Shown here: piece by piece, positions 39,288 to 49,697 of the stretch
How positions within the stretch are numbered: position 1 is the first letter of the stretch
How the letters are laid out: each line of letters starts with the position of its first letter
DNA from: Phycisphaerae bacterium
GTDB taxonomy: Bacteria > Planctomycetota > Phycisphaerae > UBA1845
DNA: 64,000 nt
Direction: 5' to 3'
Assembly (NCBI GenBank): GCA_963666835.2
Contig: CAXXGO010000006.1
Coordinates: forward strand, 64,001-128,000
Notes under the pieces: model-generated
What the model was told of the DNA's origin: nothing
The model's input: the letters and a program-made list of their open reading frames with translations, nothing else
Databases searched by the model: none
Position numbers and translations under genes: made by a program

Positions 39288-41730
39288 GCGAACGGCGCTG
39301 TGAAGGGGAAGAGCACGCCGAGTCGGCGACCTTAAGGAGCAGGCGCGCGACCGTCGCGGTCAGTTCTGACATCCGAAACGGTCTGCGAAGCACTGCGGTT
39401 TGATTGTTGGTTTCAATCTCCGGGCTCGATTCGACATCGTCGGAAATAACGACCGCCGGTATCCGGGGGGCGCGCCGGCGGATTTGTGCCAGGCATTCGC
39501 GGCCACTCATCTTTGACAGATCCGCATCGAGCACTGCCAACCGAATGTCCGCTTGGTACTCCTCGAACAGCCTCATTGCTTCGAGCCCGTTTTGGGCGGA
39601 GAGGGTCTTGAATCCGGTGTGATGGAGCGCCGCCTCAACCAGCGATCGAACGTGTTGATTGTGTTCGGCCAGGAGAATCGTCTGGTCCCCCCCCAGGATG
39701 TGCGGGTTGGAGTCGTCGGGTTCTTCCACTGATACCGGCCTGTCACAGCAAGGAAAGCCGGCCACAAACCGCGCACCTTGCTCTGTGCCCGGGTGGACCT
39801 CGATGTGTCCGCCGTGATCCGTGACTACACCGTAGACCATCGACAAACCGAGACCGGTACCGCGACCGCGCGGTTTCGTGGTGAAGAACGGTTCGAAGAT
39901 CCGGGCGCGCAGGTCTTCGTCGATCCCGCAACCCGTGTCCTCGACCGTTAGCACCGCCGCCCCTAAGCTCCGGGTGGCGATTGTCGGGAAGCACTCTGCC
40001 GAGTCGAGAGCCTGGTGCCTCACCGAGATCCGCAACTGTCCACCTTTGGGCATGGCGTCTCGGCTGTTGATGGCCAGATTCACGACAATCTGCTGAATCT
40101 GAGCGGCATCCGCCGAAATCCACATAGCGTCGCTGTCGGCGATATCCAAGACGATCTCAATGTTGTTGGGCAACATCGGACGGAGCATCTTGACGGACCG
40201 GAGTACCGTGTTCCCGAAATGAATGGGAGTCTTGTGGGCCGGAGTTTTGCGGCAGAACGTCAACAGAGAACCGGTAACGGCCGTGGCGTGCCGCACGGTT
40301 TGCTCGATGCCCTCCAGCATCTCACCGATATTGCTCCGCGGCGGAACTTGGGGGCGGGCGAGGGTGGCGTAGCCGAGAATGGCCGTGAGGATGTTATTGA
40401 AATCATGTGCGATCCCGGAGGCCAACGTGCCGATGGCCTCCATCTTATGTGCCTGGCGTAGTTTCTCTTCGAGTGCGATCTTCTCCAGTTCGGCCCGCCG
40501 GCTCTCGGTGACGTCTCGCCCGACGGCGAGCACTCCCATACTGTTTCCCGCCGGGTCTGTCAGGTGAGTGTTGTGCCACTCTATCTCGCGCTCGCGGCCG
40601 TCCTTGGTCAGAATGGAATTCGTCGTGCCGGATGTGGATGTTCCTCCGATGGACTTCTGATGTACGGCCCGTATCCGGTCGCGCTCGGACGGGGGCACGA
40701 ACACGGTGAACCAGTCTTGGTTGCGTACTTCGTCGAGGCAATACCCGGAGATCTCCTCCATATAGCGATTGAAGCGGATAATCCGTCCGTAATTATCCAA
40801 GACCAGCACGATCACGGGAGCGGTGTCAATCAGCTCTTCCGCGAAGTCTCTTTCGCGCTGCAGAGCTTCCTCCGCCTGCTTGCGCGTGGTGATATCTTGT
40901 CCGATGGCGACGATTCCCATCGGCTGCCCGTTGTCGTCCGGAGTGCTGCCGATGCTCCACGTGTAGAACCGTCGGCTTCCGTCGGCGGTTCGAACGGGGG
41001 ACTCGAATTCGCGAACCGGCTCACCGGTCAACACCGCCCGCATATCCGCAGCGACCCGCTCGCGGATTCTCTCCGGGAGGAAGAGGTCGAAATAGCTGCG
41101 TTCGAGGACCTCGGCCTTCTTGTAGCCGAAGACGCGCTCCGCCTCCGGGTTGAATTCGGTGATGCGCCCGTTCGGCAGCAGGCAGACAATGACGCTGGGC
41201 GCGGTGCGAATCAGAGCTCTGAAGCGTGCTTCGCTTCGTTGGAGAGATGCGGTCCGCTGGGCCACGGCGTCCTCCAGCTCATCGGTGTATTCGCCGATTT
41301 TTTCGTGGAACGCCCGGTGGATGTGCCGGACCAGATTCTCGGGATCACCCGCCTTCTCGACGTAGGCAAACGCTCCTAAGTTGACGGCTTCTTTGGCCGA
41401 GTCGAACGATCCGTAGGCGGTATTCAGGATGATCCGGACGGAGCTGTTGATTTTGCGGATTTCGCTCAACAGTTCGATGCCGGGGCGATCGGGCAGCCGC
41501 AGGTCGACTACCGCAACGCCGAACTCCGACTCGCGGGCGTGCTGAAGGGCCTCTGCCCCCGTTGTGCAACTGGTGACCTCGAAACCCTCGCGTTCGATGA
41601 TACTAGACAGGGTGTAGCGCTGGGCATCGTCATCTTCGACCAGCAGCACGCGAGAGATCCGGCCTCGCAGGGTCTTCTCGGGCATTTTCGTCGACTTCCC
41701 CATTGCCTTCCACGGGATTCCACCGGGCAT
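39280..41730 (-). CDS. Hybrid sensor histidine kinase (REC-PAS-PAS-HisKA-HATPase-REC)
   Basis: [44 protein letters not shown]; start may be 41703 or 41685. Confidence 0.9.
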   Translation of the reverse strand: MPGGIPWKAMGKSTKMPEKTLRGRISRVLLVEDDDAQRYTLSSIIEREGFEVTSCTTGAEALQHARESEFGVAVVDLRLPDRPGIELLSEIRKINSSVRIILNTAYGSFDSAKEAVNLGAFAYVEKAGDPENLVRHIHRAFHEKIGEYTDELEDAVAQRTASLQRSEARFRALIRTAPSVIVCLLPNGRITEFNPEAERVFGYKKAEVLERSYFDLFLPERIRERVAADMRAVLTGEPVREFESPVRTADGSRRFYTWSIGSTPDDNGQPMGIVAIGQDITTRKQAEEALQRERDFAEELIDTAPVIVLVLDNYGRIIRFNRYMEEISGYCLDEVRNQDWFTVFVPPSERDRIRAVHQKSIGGTSTSGTTNSILTKDGREREIEWHNTHLTDPAGNSMGVLAVGRDVTESRRAELEKIALEEKLRQAHKMEAIGTLASGIAHDFNNILTAILGYATLARPQVPPRSNIGEMLEGIEQTVRHATAVTGSLLTFCRKTPAHKTPIHFGNTVLRSVKMLRPMLPNNIEIVLDIADSDAMWISADAAQIQQIVVNLAINSRDAMPKGGQLRISVRHQALDSAECFPTIATRSLGAAVLTVEDTGCGIDEDLRARIFEPFFTTKPRGRGTGLGLSMVYGVVTDHGGHIEVHPGTEQGARFVAGFPCCDRPVSVEEPDDSNPHILGGDQTILLAEHNQHVRSLVEAALHHTGFKTLSAQNGLEAMRLFEEYQADIRLAVLDADLSKMSGRECLAQIRRRAPRIPAVVISDDVESSPEIETNNQTAVLRRPFRMSELTATVARLLLKVADSACSSPSQRRSPK

Positions 41731-41806
41731 TCATCCAGAGCCGTAGACAGCTTGACGGCGACTGGTTTGCACCTCGCTTGATATCCCGAACGAAACCACC
41801 GGTTAC

Positions 41807-44362
41807 TCATACGGAATCGAGGCCACCGCTCTGGTCCTTGCGGGGAAGACGAATTCGGAAACTCGCCCCGGGACCCTCGGTGTCGACCAGGTCCAGCGTT
41901 CCCCCGTGCCGCTCGATGATTTGCCTGCATATGGCGAGCCCTAGTCCAGTACCTTTGGCCTTAGTGCTGAACAGCGGCTCGAAGACGCGATCGCGAATCT
42001 CGGGGGCGACACCTTCTCCGGTATCTCGAACCGTAATCTCATCATAGCGGGTTCCGTGCGTTGCCGCTACGGAAATAATACCGGTCTCAGCTATTGCCTG
42101 GCGAGCATTTCGGAACAGATTGGCCAGCGCCTGGCCGAGATGGGCCGGGTCGGCCAGAACGAGGAACGGTCGACACTCCAGGTCGAGGCGTTGTTCCACG
42201 GCGTTGGGGACGTTGGCCCGATCCCACGCGGTTTTGACGACGCCGTCGAGCTCGATCTCGGCGGCAAGAGGCTCGGACCCGCGCGACATCTCGAGCAGGT
42301 CGCGGATGATCCCGTCCGCCGTGTTTATTTCACACTCGATGATCCGCAGGTGTTCGGACAGGTCCGGTCGTCCACCGCCCACTTCGCCGCGGAGGAAGTA
42401 CGCGGCGTTTCGCACCGCGCCGAGCGGGTTTCGCAGTTCGTGGGCGACGCTGCCGGCCAACTGTCCGAGCGTCGCCAGCCGCGTAGTGCGGATGAGCCGA
42501 TCCCGGGTCTTGGCCAGTTCATCTTCGACCAGCTTCTTCTCATGTTGTTGCCGTTCGATCAGCTTTCGCTGAGCGGCTTGACTCGCCGCTTCCGCCTTGC
42601 GCCGAGCGGTCACGTCGCTCATCGTTCCGAGCATTCGGTAGGCCCGGCCGCGCTCATCGGGCAGGAACACTCCATGTTCCTCGATGTCCATGTAAGTTCC
42701 GTTCTTGCGTCTGAAGCGGTATTCTACGTCATAGGTGCCGCATTCGTTCATGGCCTTGTCAAGTAGTGACACGGTAGCGTCACGATCACTCGGATGAACC
42801 ATCGCGGTCCAGCGGACAATATCGACCTCGCGAAACTCCTCCGCGGTGTATCCGGTGATCAACTCGACCGCCCCCAGCCAGCTTATAGCCCCGGTTGCGG
42901 GGTTGTAGTCATACACGAGTTGACCGGTCTTCTCGGCCACCGTGCGATAGCGTTCTTCCGCCTCTCGGAGGCTCTCCTCCGCCGTTCGTCGCTCAGTGAT
43001 GTCGATGGCCGCTCCCAAGACCAGCCGGGGGCTTCCATCCTCGTTCCGACTCACCACCTTGGCCCGTGTGCCGATCCACATCCACTCGCCGTTTTCTTTC
43101 AGCAAACGGTGCTCATGAACATACAGAGGGGTCTCCCCCCGAAGATGGGCGTTGACGGCCGCGTGCATCTCCTCCCACTCGTGGGGGTGGTGCATCGCCT
43201 CGAAGTCCTTCGAGGTCTTCGGTAATTCATCTTTCTGATAACCAAGAAAGCCGCGGAACCGCTCGTCTACGGTGATCCGATCCGTGTTGAGATCCCACGT
43301 CCATACCGCGGCGTTGGCTACTTCCAGAGCCTGCGAGAGCAGCTCTTCATTCTCCCGCAATCCCTGTTCTATTCGTTTGCGCTCGGTGATGTCACGGGTG
43401 AAGACGGCAACTTTGTCTACAATTCCGCTGTCGTTCCAGATGGGGAATATTCCGCAATCGTCCCAGATTCCATCGCGCGCGTCCTCGTCGCGAACGCTCC
43501 GGCCCGTCTCGAAGACCTGCATGATCGATTCCCGGCGCCGTTTTGCCGTCGAATCGGGTAGATATCGCCATACTTGGTGCCCCGGCATTTCACCCCGGTT
43601 CCGGTTGAAGCGAAGGGCACAGGCCTCGTTTAGATCCAGGATTGTGCCGTCGCGATCCAGTAGCACGACGGCGTCGGTGGTGGCGTCGAGCAACGCCCGG
43701 ATCATGGTCTCGCGTTCTCTGGTCGTCGCCTCGTTTCGCTCTCGCTGGATGGCGAGCCGGCGGAGAGTCAATTGGGTGTGCATCCGGGCCAGAAGCTCGT
43801 CCTTCGAAAAGGGCTTGGCCAGGTAGTCATTCGCCCCCGCTTCCAACCCCTCCACAACGTCCTCGACGCGGTCCTTCGCGGTCAATAGGATTACCGGCAG
43901 CATGTCCGGGGAATATGCTTGTCGAAGACGGCGGCAGACTTCGTATCCGGACATTCCCGGCATCATTACATCGAGAAGTACCAGATCGAACGGCGCAGCG
44001 GCGGCGGCGGCCTGTTCCACCGCGTCGAGTGCCTCGGCGCCATTGCAGGCCTGTGTCACTTGGCGCTTCTCGGAGGACAGGTGGGCCGCGAGAACCTGTA
44101 AAGCGAGCGGTTCATCGTCTACCGCCAGGATGCGGGCTGGATCTTCGCCAGGGTCCGCCGCGTGATGTGTGATTTCCCGGCGGGCTCCGGGTGAGCCCGG
44201 CCGGGCCACGGGTCTGCTCGGCGAATCGACGAAAGCGGCAGTCTCGCTTTCCGAGCCCGATACCGGCTGACCGCAAAGCGCCTCCAATTCAGCGACACGG
44301 CTGCGGCACTTCTCCAGTTCTTCGAGTATCTGAGCCCTGGTCCTTCTTGGCTCTTCTGCCAT
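41807..44362 (-). CDS. Sensor histidine kinase (REC-PAS x3-HisKA-HATPase)
   Basis: ILAVDDE, LLDVMMPGM, VAHELRNPL, DTGEG, GTGLGL. Confidence 0.9.
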   Translation of the reverse strand: MAEEPRRTRAQILEELEKCRSRVAELEALCGQPVSGSESETAAFVDSPSRPVARPGSPGARREITHHAADPGEDPARILAVDDEPLALQVLAAHLSSEKRQVTQACNGAEALDAVEQAAAAAAPFDLVLLDVMMPGMSGYEVCRRLRQAYSPDMLPVILLTAKDRVEDVVEGLEAGANDYLAKPFSKDELLARMHTQLTLRRLAIQRERNEATTRERETMIRALLDATTDAVVLLDRDGTILDLNEACALRFNRNRGEMPGHQVWRYLPDSTAKRRRESIMQVFETGRSVRDEDARDGIWDDCGIFPIWNDSGIVDKVAVFTRDITERKRIEQGLRENEELLSQALEVANAAVWTWDLNTDRITVDERFRGFLGYQKDELPKTSKDFEAMHHPHEWEEMHAAVNAHLRGETPLYVHEHRLLKENGEWMWIGTRAKVVSRNEDGSPRLVLGAAIDITERRTAEESLREAEERYRTVAEKTGQLVYDYNPATGAISWLGAVELITGYTAEEFREVDIVRWTAMVHPSDRDATVSLLDKAMNECGTYDVEYRFRRKNGTYMDIEEHGVFLPDERGRAYRMLGTMSDVTARRKAEAASQAAQRKLIERQQHEKKLVEDELAKTRDRLIRTTRLATLGQLAGSVAHELRNPLGAVRNAAYFLRGEVGGGRPDLSEHLRIIECEINTADGIIRDLLEMSRGSEPLAAEIELDGVVKTAWDRANVPNAVEQRLDLECRPFLVLADPAHLGQALANLFRNARQAIAETGIISVAATHGTRYDEITVRDTGEGVAPEIRDRVFEPLFSTKAKGTGLGLAICRQIIERHGGTLDLVDTEGPGASFRIRLPRKDQSGGLDSV

Positions 44363-44556
44363 AGTCCGTCCTCACTTGTCGAAATACGCCAGACCAGATC
44401 CGAGAGACGGGCAACTTCGTCGAGTCGCTCCCCGAAGCCCGACCGATTGTCCCGCACCGGATAAGGGGACGCAATCACCCGATAGGGGGACACCTGGATA
44501 GGTCACTTCGGCCCCGCACAGACCGCGAGCCGGAGAATCGGATCGTCGGTGCTTCT

Positions 44557-46047
44557 TCAGGGGTTATCGAAAGAGAGCTGGAAAGTACTGAGGTCGACAA
44601 GGTCCACGTCGCCGTCGGCATCCAGGTCGGCGAGTTCGCAGCAGCAACCGGAGTATAGACAGGGGTCGCAGACTTCAGTTGGGCAGGGTTCGGTTAAGCA
44701 CGCGGACAGCCGTTCGAAATCACCCAGACCCGCCATCCCGTCTCCATCGAGGTTTCCTCTCGCTACCGAGAAGACATGCACGGCACCCGTAATGGTCCCC
44801 ATCAGTTCGGGAGTATGCCGGTGAGCACCAATGGCCAGAACACCGTTGCTCATCGACACGCTGCCGAACGTGTCCAAACTCGAGGTGTTCGCGGCCACGA
44901 ACTCCGTATCCTGGATCCAATCATCGTCGTCGATCTGCGGGGTGCCGTTGTCCATCCGGCGAAAGAGGTAGGCCGAACCGGAATCCAATCCCGCTCGGTC
45001 GTCTCGGAGCGATCCGATCAGGATGAGGTCGCCGTCGATGACCAGGCTCGCTCCGAATTCGTCTGCGAAGAGCCCGCCCTCCGGGACGAGCTTGACCGGT
45101 GTAGACCAGGTGCTTCCGGTTTCGTGATAGACGTAGGCCGCGCCCGAATGAACGTACTCCGCTCCGCCGTTGAGGGAGCCCACCACGATCTCAGCTTCCT
45201 GCAAGGCTACCGCTATGCCTAACTGGTCGTCCTGTTCGGCATCCGGCGCGATCAGCTTCTGGTTTGTGAACCAGATCTCTGCGCTGCGGCGATAAACGTA
45301 AGCCGCGCCGGCGCTGATTCCCTCCCGGCTTTCGAGCGGGGCTCCGACAACCAGGACGTCTCCCTCGATGGCGACGGAGTGCCCGAAACTGCTGCGTCCC
45401 ATGGAGTCCCAGGCGATGAGAATGTCTGTCTCAGACCAAATTCCGTTTTCTCGGTGATAGACATAGGCGCGGCTCTGCCCCGGCGCGCCCACCAACGCCG
45501 TGTCGCCGGCGATGTCCACGGACGTGCCGAAACGGGACAGTTCCATCGTGGACGAACCGTGTAACACGGCCTGCTCGGTCCACCGGTCATCGGCCGGGTC
45601 GTCAGGGGTGTTGTTGTCGTCCCTGACGAAGACGAATGCAACTCCTACCGCTTCACTGCCGGTGACGTCCTTGTCCGGCGCTCCTACTATCGCGGTGTCC
45701 CCGTCCAAGGCGACCGACCAGCCTAGTTGATCCTCGCGGACATTGTCGGAGACCTCTAGCTTCTCGAGCGTAACCCACTCACCGGCGATGAGCTGGTGAA
45801 CGTATGCGGAGCCGGAATCGCAGTCGGTCCCCCTGCGCGGACAGCCGTCATCGTCAAACGGGGATCCGGCGATGATGGTACACCCGTCGATTGCCACGGA
45901 CCAACCGTACCCGTCTCCGCCGCCGGCGTCGTCCGGAACGACCGTGCTCAGCTCACATTGGGCTTGGGACCGCGTGGTTGGCAACGCGCACATCGTCCCC
46001 ACGAGGACGACGAGCCTAACAAGCGATAAGCCACGACCGATGGACAC
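44557..46047 (-). CDS. Secreted FG-GAP repeat protein with dockerin-like C-terminus
   Basis: Repeated FGxSVAIDGD...VGAP...GAAYVY; GNLDGDG...DLDADGDVDLVDL. Confidence 0.88.
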   Translation of the reverse strand: MSIGRGLSLVRLVVLVGTMCALPTTRSQAQCELSTVVPDDAGGGDGYGWSVAIDGCTIIAGSPFDDDGCPRRGTDCDSGSAYVHQLIAGEWVTLEKLEVSDNVREDQLGWSVALDGDTAIVGAPDKDVTGSEAVGVAFVFVRDDNNTPDDPADDRWTEQAVLHGSSTMELSRFGTSVDIAGDTALVGAPGQSRAYVYHRENGIWSETDILIAWDSMGRSSFGHSVAIEGDVLVVGAPLESREGISAGAAYVYRRSAEIWFTNQKLIAPDAEQDDQLGIAVALQEAEIVVGSLNGGAEYVHSGAAYVYHETGSTWSTPVKLVPEGGLFADEFGASLVIDGDLILIGSLRDDRAGLDSGSAYLFRRMDNGTPQIDDDDWIQDTEFVAANTSSLDTFGSVSMSNGVLAIGAHRHTPELMGTITGAVHVFSVARGNLDGDGMAGLGDFERLSACLTEPCPTEVCDPCLYSGCCCELADLDADGDVDLVDLSTFQLSFDNP

Positions 46048-46347
46048 ACGAACACCCGACAGGACGCCACGCCCTGAGAACGAGAACCCGCACGGATAAC
46101 AGTATCAGTATAGCGTAACTCATCGAGCCGAACCACGAGAAACGAGGGCAGAGGCCGATAACGACGACAATTTCAGACACGGTGCAACCGAGAAGACCTA
46201 TCGTCCTATAATATAGGCAAGAGTCGGCAGTGCGTCCTTCGCCCTGAGTCATATCACAGTGGAGAGAGGGCTCCGCATCCAGGAGGCCGTTACGGGGCAC
46301 GCACTGCGCACCAGGCGAAGGGTGGGGAATTGACTGTGTAGCTCTCG

Positions 46348-46378
46348 TAGGGCACAGTCGAGGTACGAGACCTGCCGC
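46348..46378 (+). repeat. GTAG-family REP copy
   Basis: GTAGGGCACAGTCGAGGTACGAGACCTGCCG. Confidence 0.75.
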
Positions 46379-46514
46379 AAAGGCGCGAATTCCGAAAAGA
46401 CCGATTGCGGTACGCGAGCTACTCTCGGTTCTTCATCCGTCCCCCACTCATTCCGGTGGGGAATCAACATGACTGTTCCATTCCGGCAAACGCCGGAATG
46501 GGCGGGGCACGCGG

Positions 46515-46853
46515 CTACGGCTTCGCCTTGTACCGGTCGGCGTCGGCGAACATGTCAATCGCCCGAAAGTGCGTCAGGAAGGTGGCACCATGTTCAACGC
46601 CGGCGGGAATGTGATACGTATCGCCTTTGCGGTAGATCTGCGTCCGGCCGCCGATGGTCAGCTCCATCTCCCCTTCGATCACCACGCCCCATTGCTCCCC
46701 GTGGGTGTGCGGCGTTACCGCTCCGATCGGGTCGATGTCCAGAAACACCAACTGGTGGCTCGCCGCCTGAGACAGCCACCCCCGCACCCCGGGGAACGGA
46801 ATATCCGCCTGCGGTAAACCGGTGACCATCTCTGGATAGGTGCCATCAGCCAT
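46515..46853 (-). CDS. Cupin domain protein
   Basis: PHTHGEQWGVVIEGEM and GDTYHIPAGVEH cupin motifs. Confidence 0.88.
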   Translation of the reverse strand: MADGTYPEMVTGLPQADIPFPGVRGWLSQAASHQLVFLDIDPIGAVTPHTHGEQWGVVIEGEMELTIGGRTQIYRKGDTYHIPAGVEHGATFLTHFRAIDMFADADRYKAKP

Positions 46854-46974
46854 AATCGTCACTCCCGTTGGCCGTGCCGGCCACGCCTCCGAACGCGGCC
46901 GTGATTCTCCAGGGAACTGTAATCCGAAACCGACGTACCGGGCAATGGCAGAGCTTATACGTGCAGACGGCTAC

Positions 46975-47004
46975 GGCAGGTCTCGTGCCTCGACCGTGCC
47001 CTAC
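46975..47004 (-). repeat. GTAG-family REP copy
   Basis: Plus strand GGCAGGTCTCGTGCCTCGACCGTGCCCTAC. Confidence 0.75.
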
Positions 47005-47047
47005 CTTTGTTGCCGGCGTTGTGCGAGACGGATTTTCAGGCGAGGGG

Positions 47048-48571
47048 CTACGGCGAGTCGAGCGAGCTTTGAAACGCGGCGAAATCGGCGAGGTCGACAT
47101 CTTCGTCATCGTCGTGATCGAAGGTACACCAGCACACCGACTCGTCCGCGCCGCCCGCCGAGTCCAGGCAGTCAACCAGACCGACGTAATCCTCTAACCG
47201 GAGCACACCGTCGGCGTCGAAGTCGCCGGTGCTCTGAACGGTGTCCGACTCGTACGCTCCGCGATCCACGCGGCAGCCTTGCAGCCGCGGCGCGCCGGCC
47301 ACATCCGTAGCGTCCGGGTCGTCGGGCACTTCAGATGGATCGCCCGTATTGATCGCCGCGGATCCAATCCCGAGCCGCAAGTCGTCGTCGGCCGTGCCGA
47401 CCACCGCGTCGGGACCGGCCGCGTCTACGAACAGAGGATCACCCCCGCCCGACCCGGTTCCTGTAAACGCACCGGAAAAACCCTGTATCAGGCTGTAATC
47501 AACGACCACCCCCCCGGTATCAAAGTTGATCTGGGCCAGCTCGTCCGTGCCGCGGCTGTCGAAATTGCCCCAGAGGATGCAGTTTATCAGGGTCGGCGAG
47601 TCGTCGGCGTCCAGCACGTTCCAGATTCCCCCGGAAGTATCCGTGGCCGTGTTGCCGGCAATCGTGCAGTTGGTCAACGTCGGATTACCGTTTACGTAAT
47701 TCCCCATCGCCGCTCCGAACGGAGCGATGTTGCCGCTGAATACACAGTCCGTGAATGTCACGTCGGTGGCGGTATTATAGACCCCGGCCGCCTTGCCGGT
47801 GGCGATGTTGCCGCGGATGATGCAGTTCGTGAATATCGGATTGCCTAGGTAGTTGTAATTGAATACTCCGGCACCGCGGTCCTTAAGCGCGGTGTGAACG
47901 TCAGCGAAACCACCCGTAATCGTGCATCCGTCGACGATGGCCGTGTTGTCTACCTCGTAAGCGGTGATAACATGATGGCTGTTATCGCAGGTATTCCCGC
48001 AGGTCGAACAGCAGAGCATGGCCGCCAGGGCGACGCATTGTTCGTCCCATTCTTCGCTGCAACAGGAAGGTCGCGGGAACGGCCGGTCCGTACCAGCCCC
48101 GCCCTCGACGCAGACCAGTGTTTCGCACGTAGCACTATCGCAGCCGGCGGTGTCGTGCGCATTGCAGCAGGTACTTGTCGGTGCGGGGTCATCGTTGAGA
48201 AGAAGGTCACCGCTGAGGATAGTCTCGTAGGCAATGAAATCGCGGGCGTCCGGGTCGCCTGCCCCGCAACCGGCATATCCGCCCCGTATCGCGACGCGGT
48301 CTTGCAGCTTGAAGGTCTTGAGCCGTCCGTTCCCAAGCGTGGGGATGTAGACCCCGTCGGCCACTCGAATCTCGGTATCGGCTTCCGAGTCGGCCGCGTC
48401 CAGGGCTTCCTGGATAGTGTGATACGCCCAGCACCAACTCTGCCCGGTGTACGGGTACGTCGCGTTGCGATCCACGTAGATGATCTCGGTCTCCGCGCGG
48501 CTCGCGCCGGCGGTCAGCAACAGCCCCAGCGCGCAAGTTAGCACCGTGATATTGAATCGAAACGGACGCAA
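47048..48571 (-). CDS. Secreted right-handed beta-helix protein with dockerin-like C-terminus
   Basis: IIYVD...SWCWAYHTIQEAL, IRVADGVY, NCxxxGN repeats, DPLFV...DLRL...AINTG...VDRGAYE; GDFDADG...DVDLADFAAFQ. Confidence 0.82.
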   Translation of the reverse strand: MRPFRFNITVLTCALGLLLTAGASRAETEIIYVDRNATYPYTGQSWCWAYHTIQEALDAADSEADTEIRVADGVYIPTLGNGRLKTFKLQDRVAIRGGYAGCGAGDPDARDFIAYETILSGDLLLNDDPAPTSTCCNAHDTAGCDSATCETLVCVEGGAGTDRPFPRPSCCSEEWDEQCVALAAMLCCSTCGNTCDNSHHVITAYEVDNTAIVDGCTITGGFADVHTALKDRGAGVFNYNYLGNPIFTNCIIRGNIATGKAAGVYNTATDVTFTDCVFSGNIAPFGAAMGNYVNGNPTLTNCTIAGNTATDTSGGIWNVLDADDSPTLINCILWGNFDSRGTDELAQINFDTGGVVVDYSLIQGFSGAFTGTGSGGGDPLFVDAAGPDAVVGTADDDLRLGIGSAAINTGDPSEVPDDPDATDVAGAPRLQGCRVDRGAYESDTVQSTGDFDADGVLRLEDYVGLVDCLDSAGGADESVCWCTFDHDDDEDVDLADFAAFQSSLDSP

Positions 48572-48942
48572 GATGAACGTCTCCCCTCCCAGTCTATTGG
48601 TGCATCGCTACACGTAGAGGCTCGGGGCGAATCCACACCATTCCCCAGTCCTGCACCGCTCAAGAGCAGTGGCACACCCGAGAGCCTCGGTGTTACGTAG
48701 CACTAGATGGCCGCCCGCTGAAAAACCGTGAACAATGCCACCGGACGATTATAGTGGCGGGTTTGCCGCGAATAAACGCCGGAAGCGTTATCGAGCGTCA
48801 TTCCCCAATCGCAAGCCGCATGACCGGACATTGACCTGACGATAACCTTCCGGGAGACCGACTCCGGCGAGCAAGGCAACGGGGTCGGCCGGTCTGGAGT
48901 TATCGGTCCATTGTCGCAACGGATGCTACGGAGTCTCATAAC

Positions 48943-49327
48943 ATGGGCGCGGCGATATCGATGACGGCGCGGTGTGCGGTGCTGGTGCTCGGCATTGTCC
49001 TGATCGGGGGCTGCTACTCGATCAACCCGGATCTAATCGATTACGACGGGGACGGAGTGCCGGACGTCAGCGACGCGTTTCCTGCTGACCCCACCGAGCA
49101 CACCGATAGCGATGACGACGGAGTGGGGGGACAACGCCGACGCCTACCCGTTGGACCCGGATCGAACCACGGCCGAATCCAATCCGGATGACGATGACGC
49201 CGACGAGACTGCCGACAATGACGAGGATTCAGTCGACGATGAAGGAGAGGAGCCGGCCGACGACGATGCGGAGGAACCGGCCGATTCTGACTCATCCGAG
49301 GACGAAGACGGCGGCGGGCGGAGATAA
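48943..49327 (+). pseudogene. Frameshifted thrombospondin type-3-like repeat lipoprotein
   Basis: Lipobox IGGC, DYDGDGVPDVSDAFPADP; removing one G from the G6 run at 49125-49130 restores DSDDDGVGDNADAYPLDPD plus an acidic tail ending at 49327. Confidence 0.65.
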
Positions 49328-49525
49328 GCCTCTCGGCGGCAACTCGGCCCCCGGTGCCGTGGGGAATGCGGATGATGCTGTATCGCCTCTGTGGGGAACG
49401 GAATAGCCGCAAGACTGCTGGTCGGCGGAGCCGCGATCCACCGGCCGTACCGCCTCAAGCACCCGAACGTCACCCCTTCATTCTTTGCAGTTCGACATTT
49501 AGACCTTTGGTCTGACTGGCCAAGC

Positions 49526-49638
49526 TGCTATGATGGCGCTTTAGTAGTCCGTTGAGGTAGGGGGCGGACACCTCACCGAAGGTGATTGTTGGCACGGGCA
49601 GCGCGAATCTGCTCGGAACCGGTCTCCTCTCTCAACGG
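49526..49638 (+). promoter_or_regulatory. Extended -10 promoter followed by a structured 5' leader
   Basis: TGCTATGAT at 49526-49534; long stem 49549-49565/49622-49638 enclosing two hairpins. Confidence 0.4.
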
Positions 49639-49697
49639 TGTTCTGAGCCGTTCGATCGCAGGGGTCGGGGCTCGCCATTGACTGAAAGGGACGCAAC

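Noticed and set aside
49561..49640. Glycine or c-di-GMP riboswitch
   Set aside because: CACCGAAGG resembles part of the glycine aptamer, but the other conserved elements of either class are missing; kept only as an unassigned structure.
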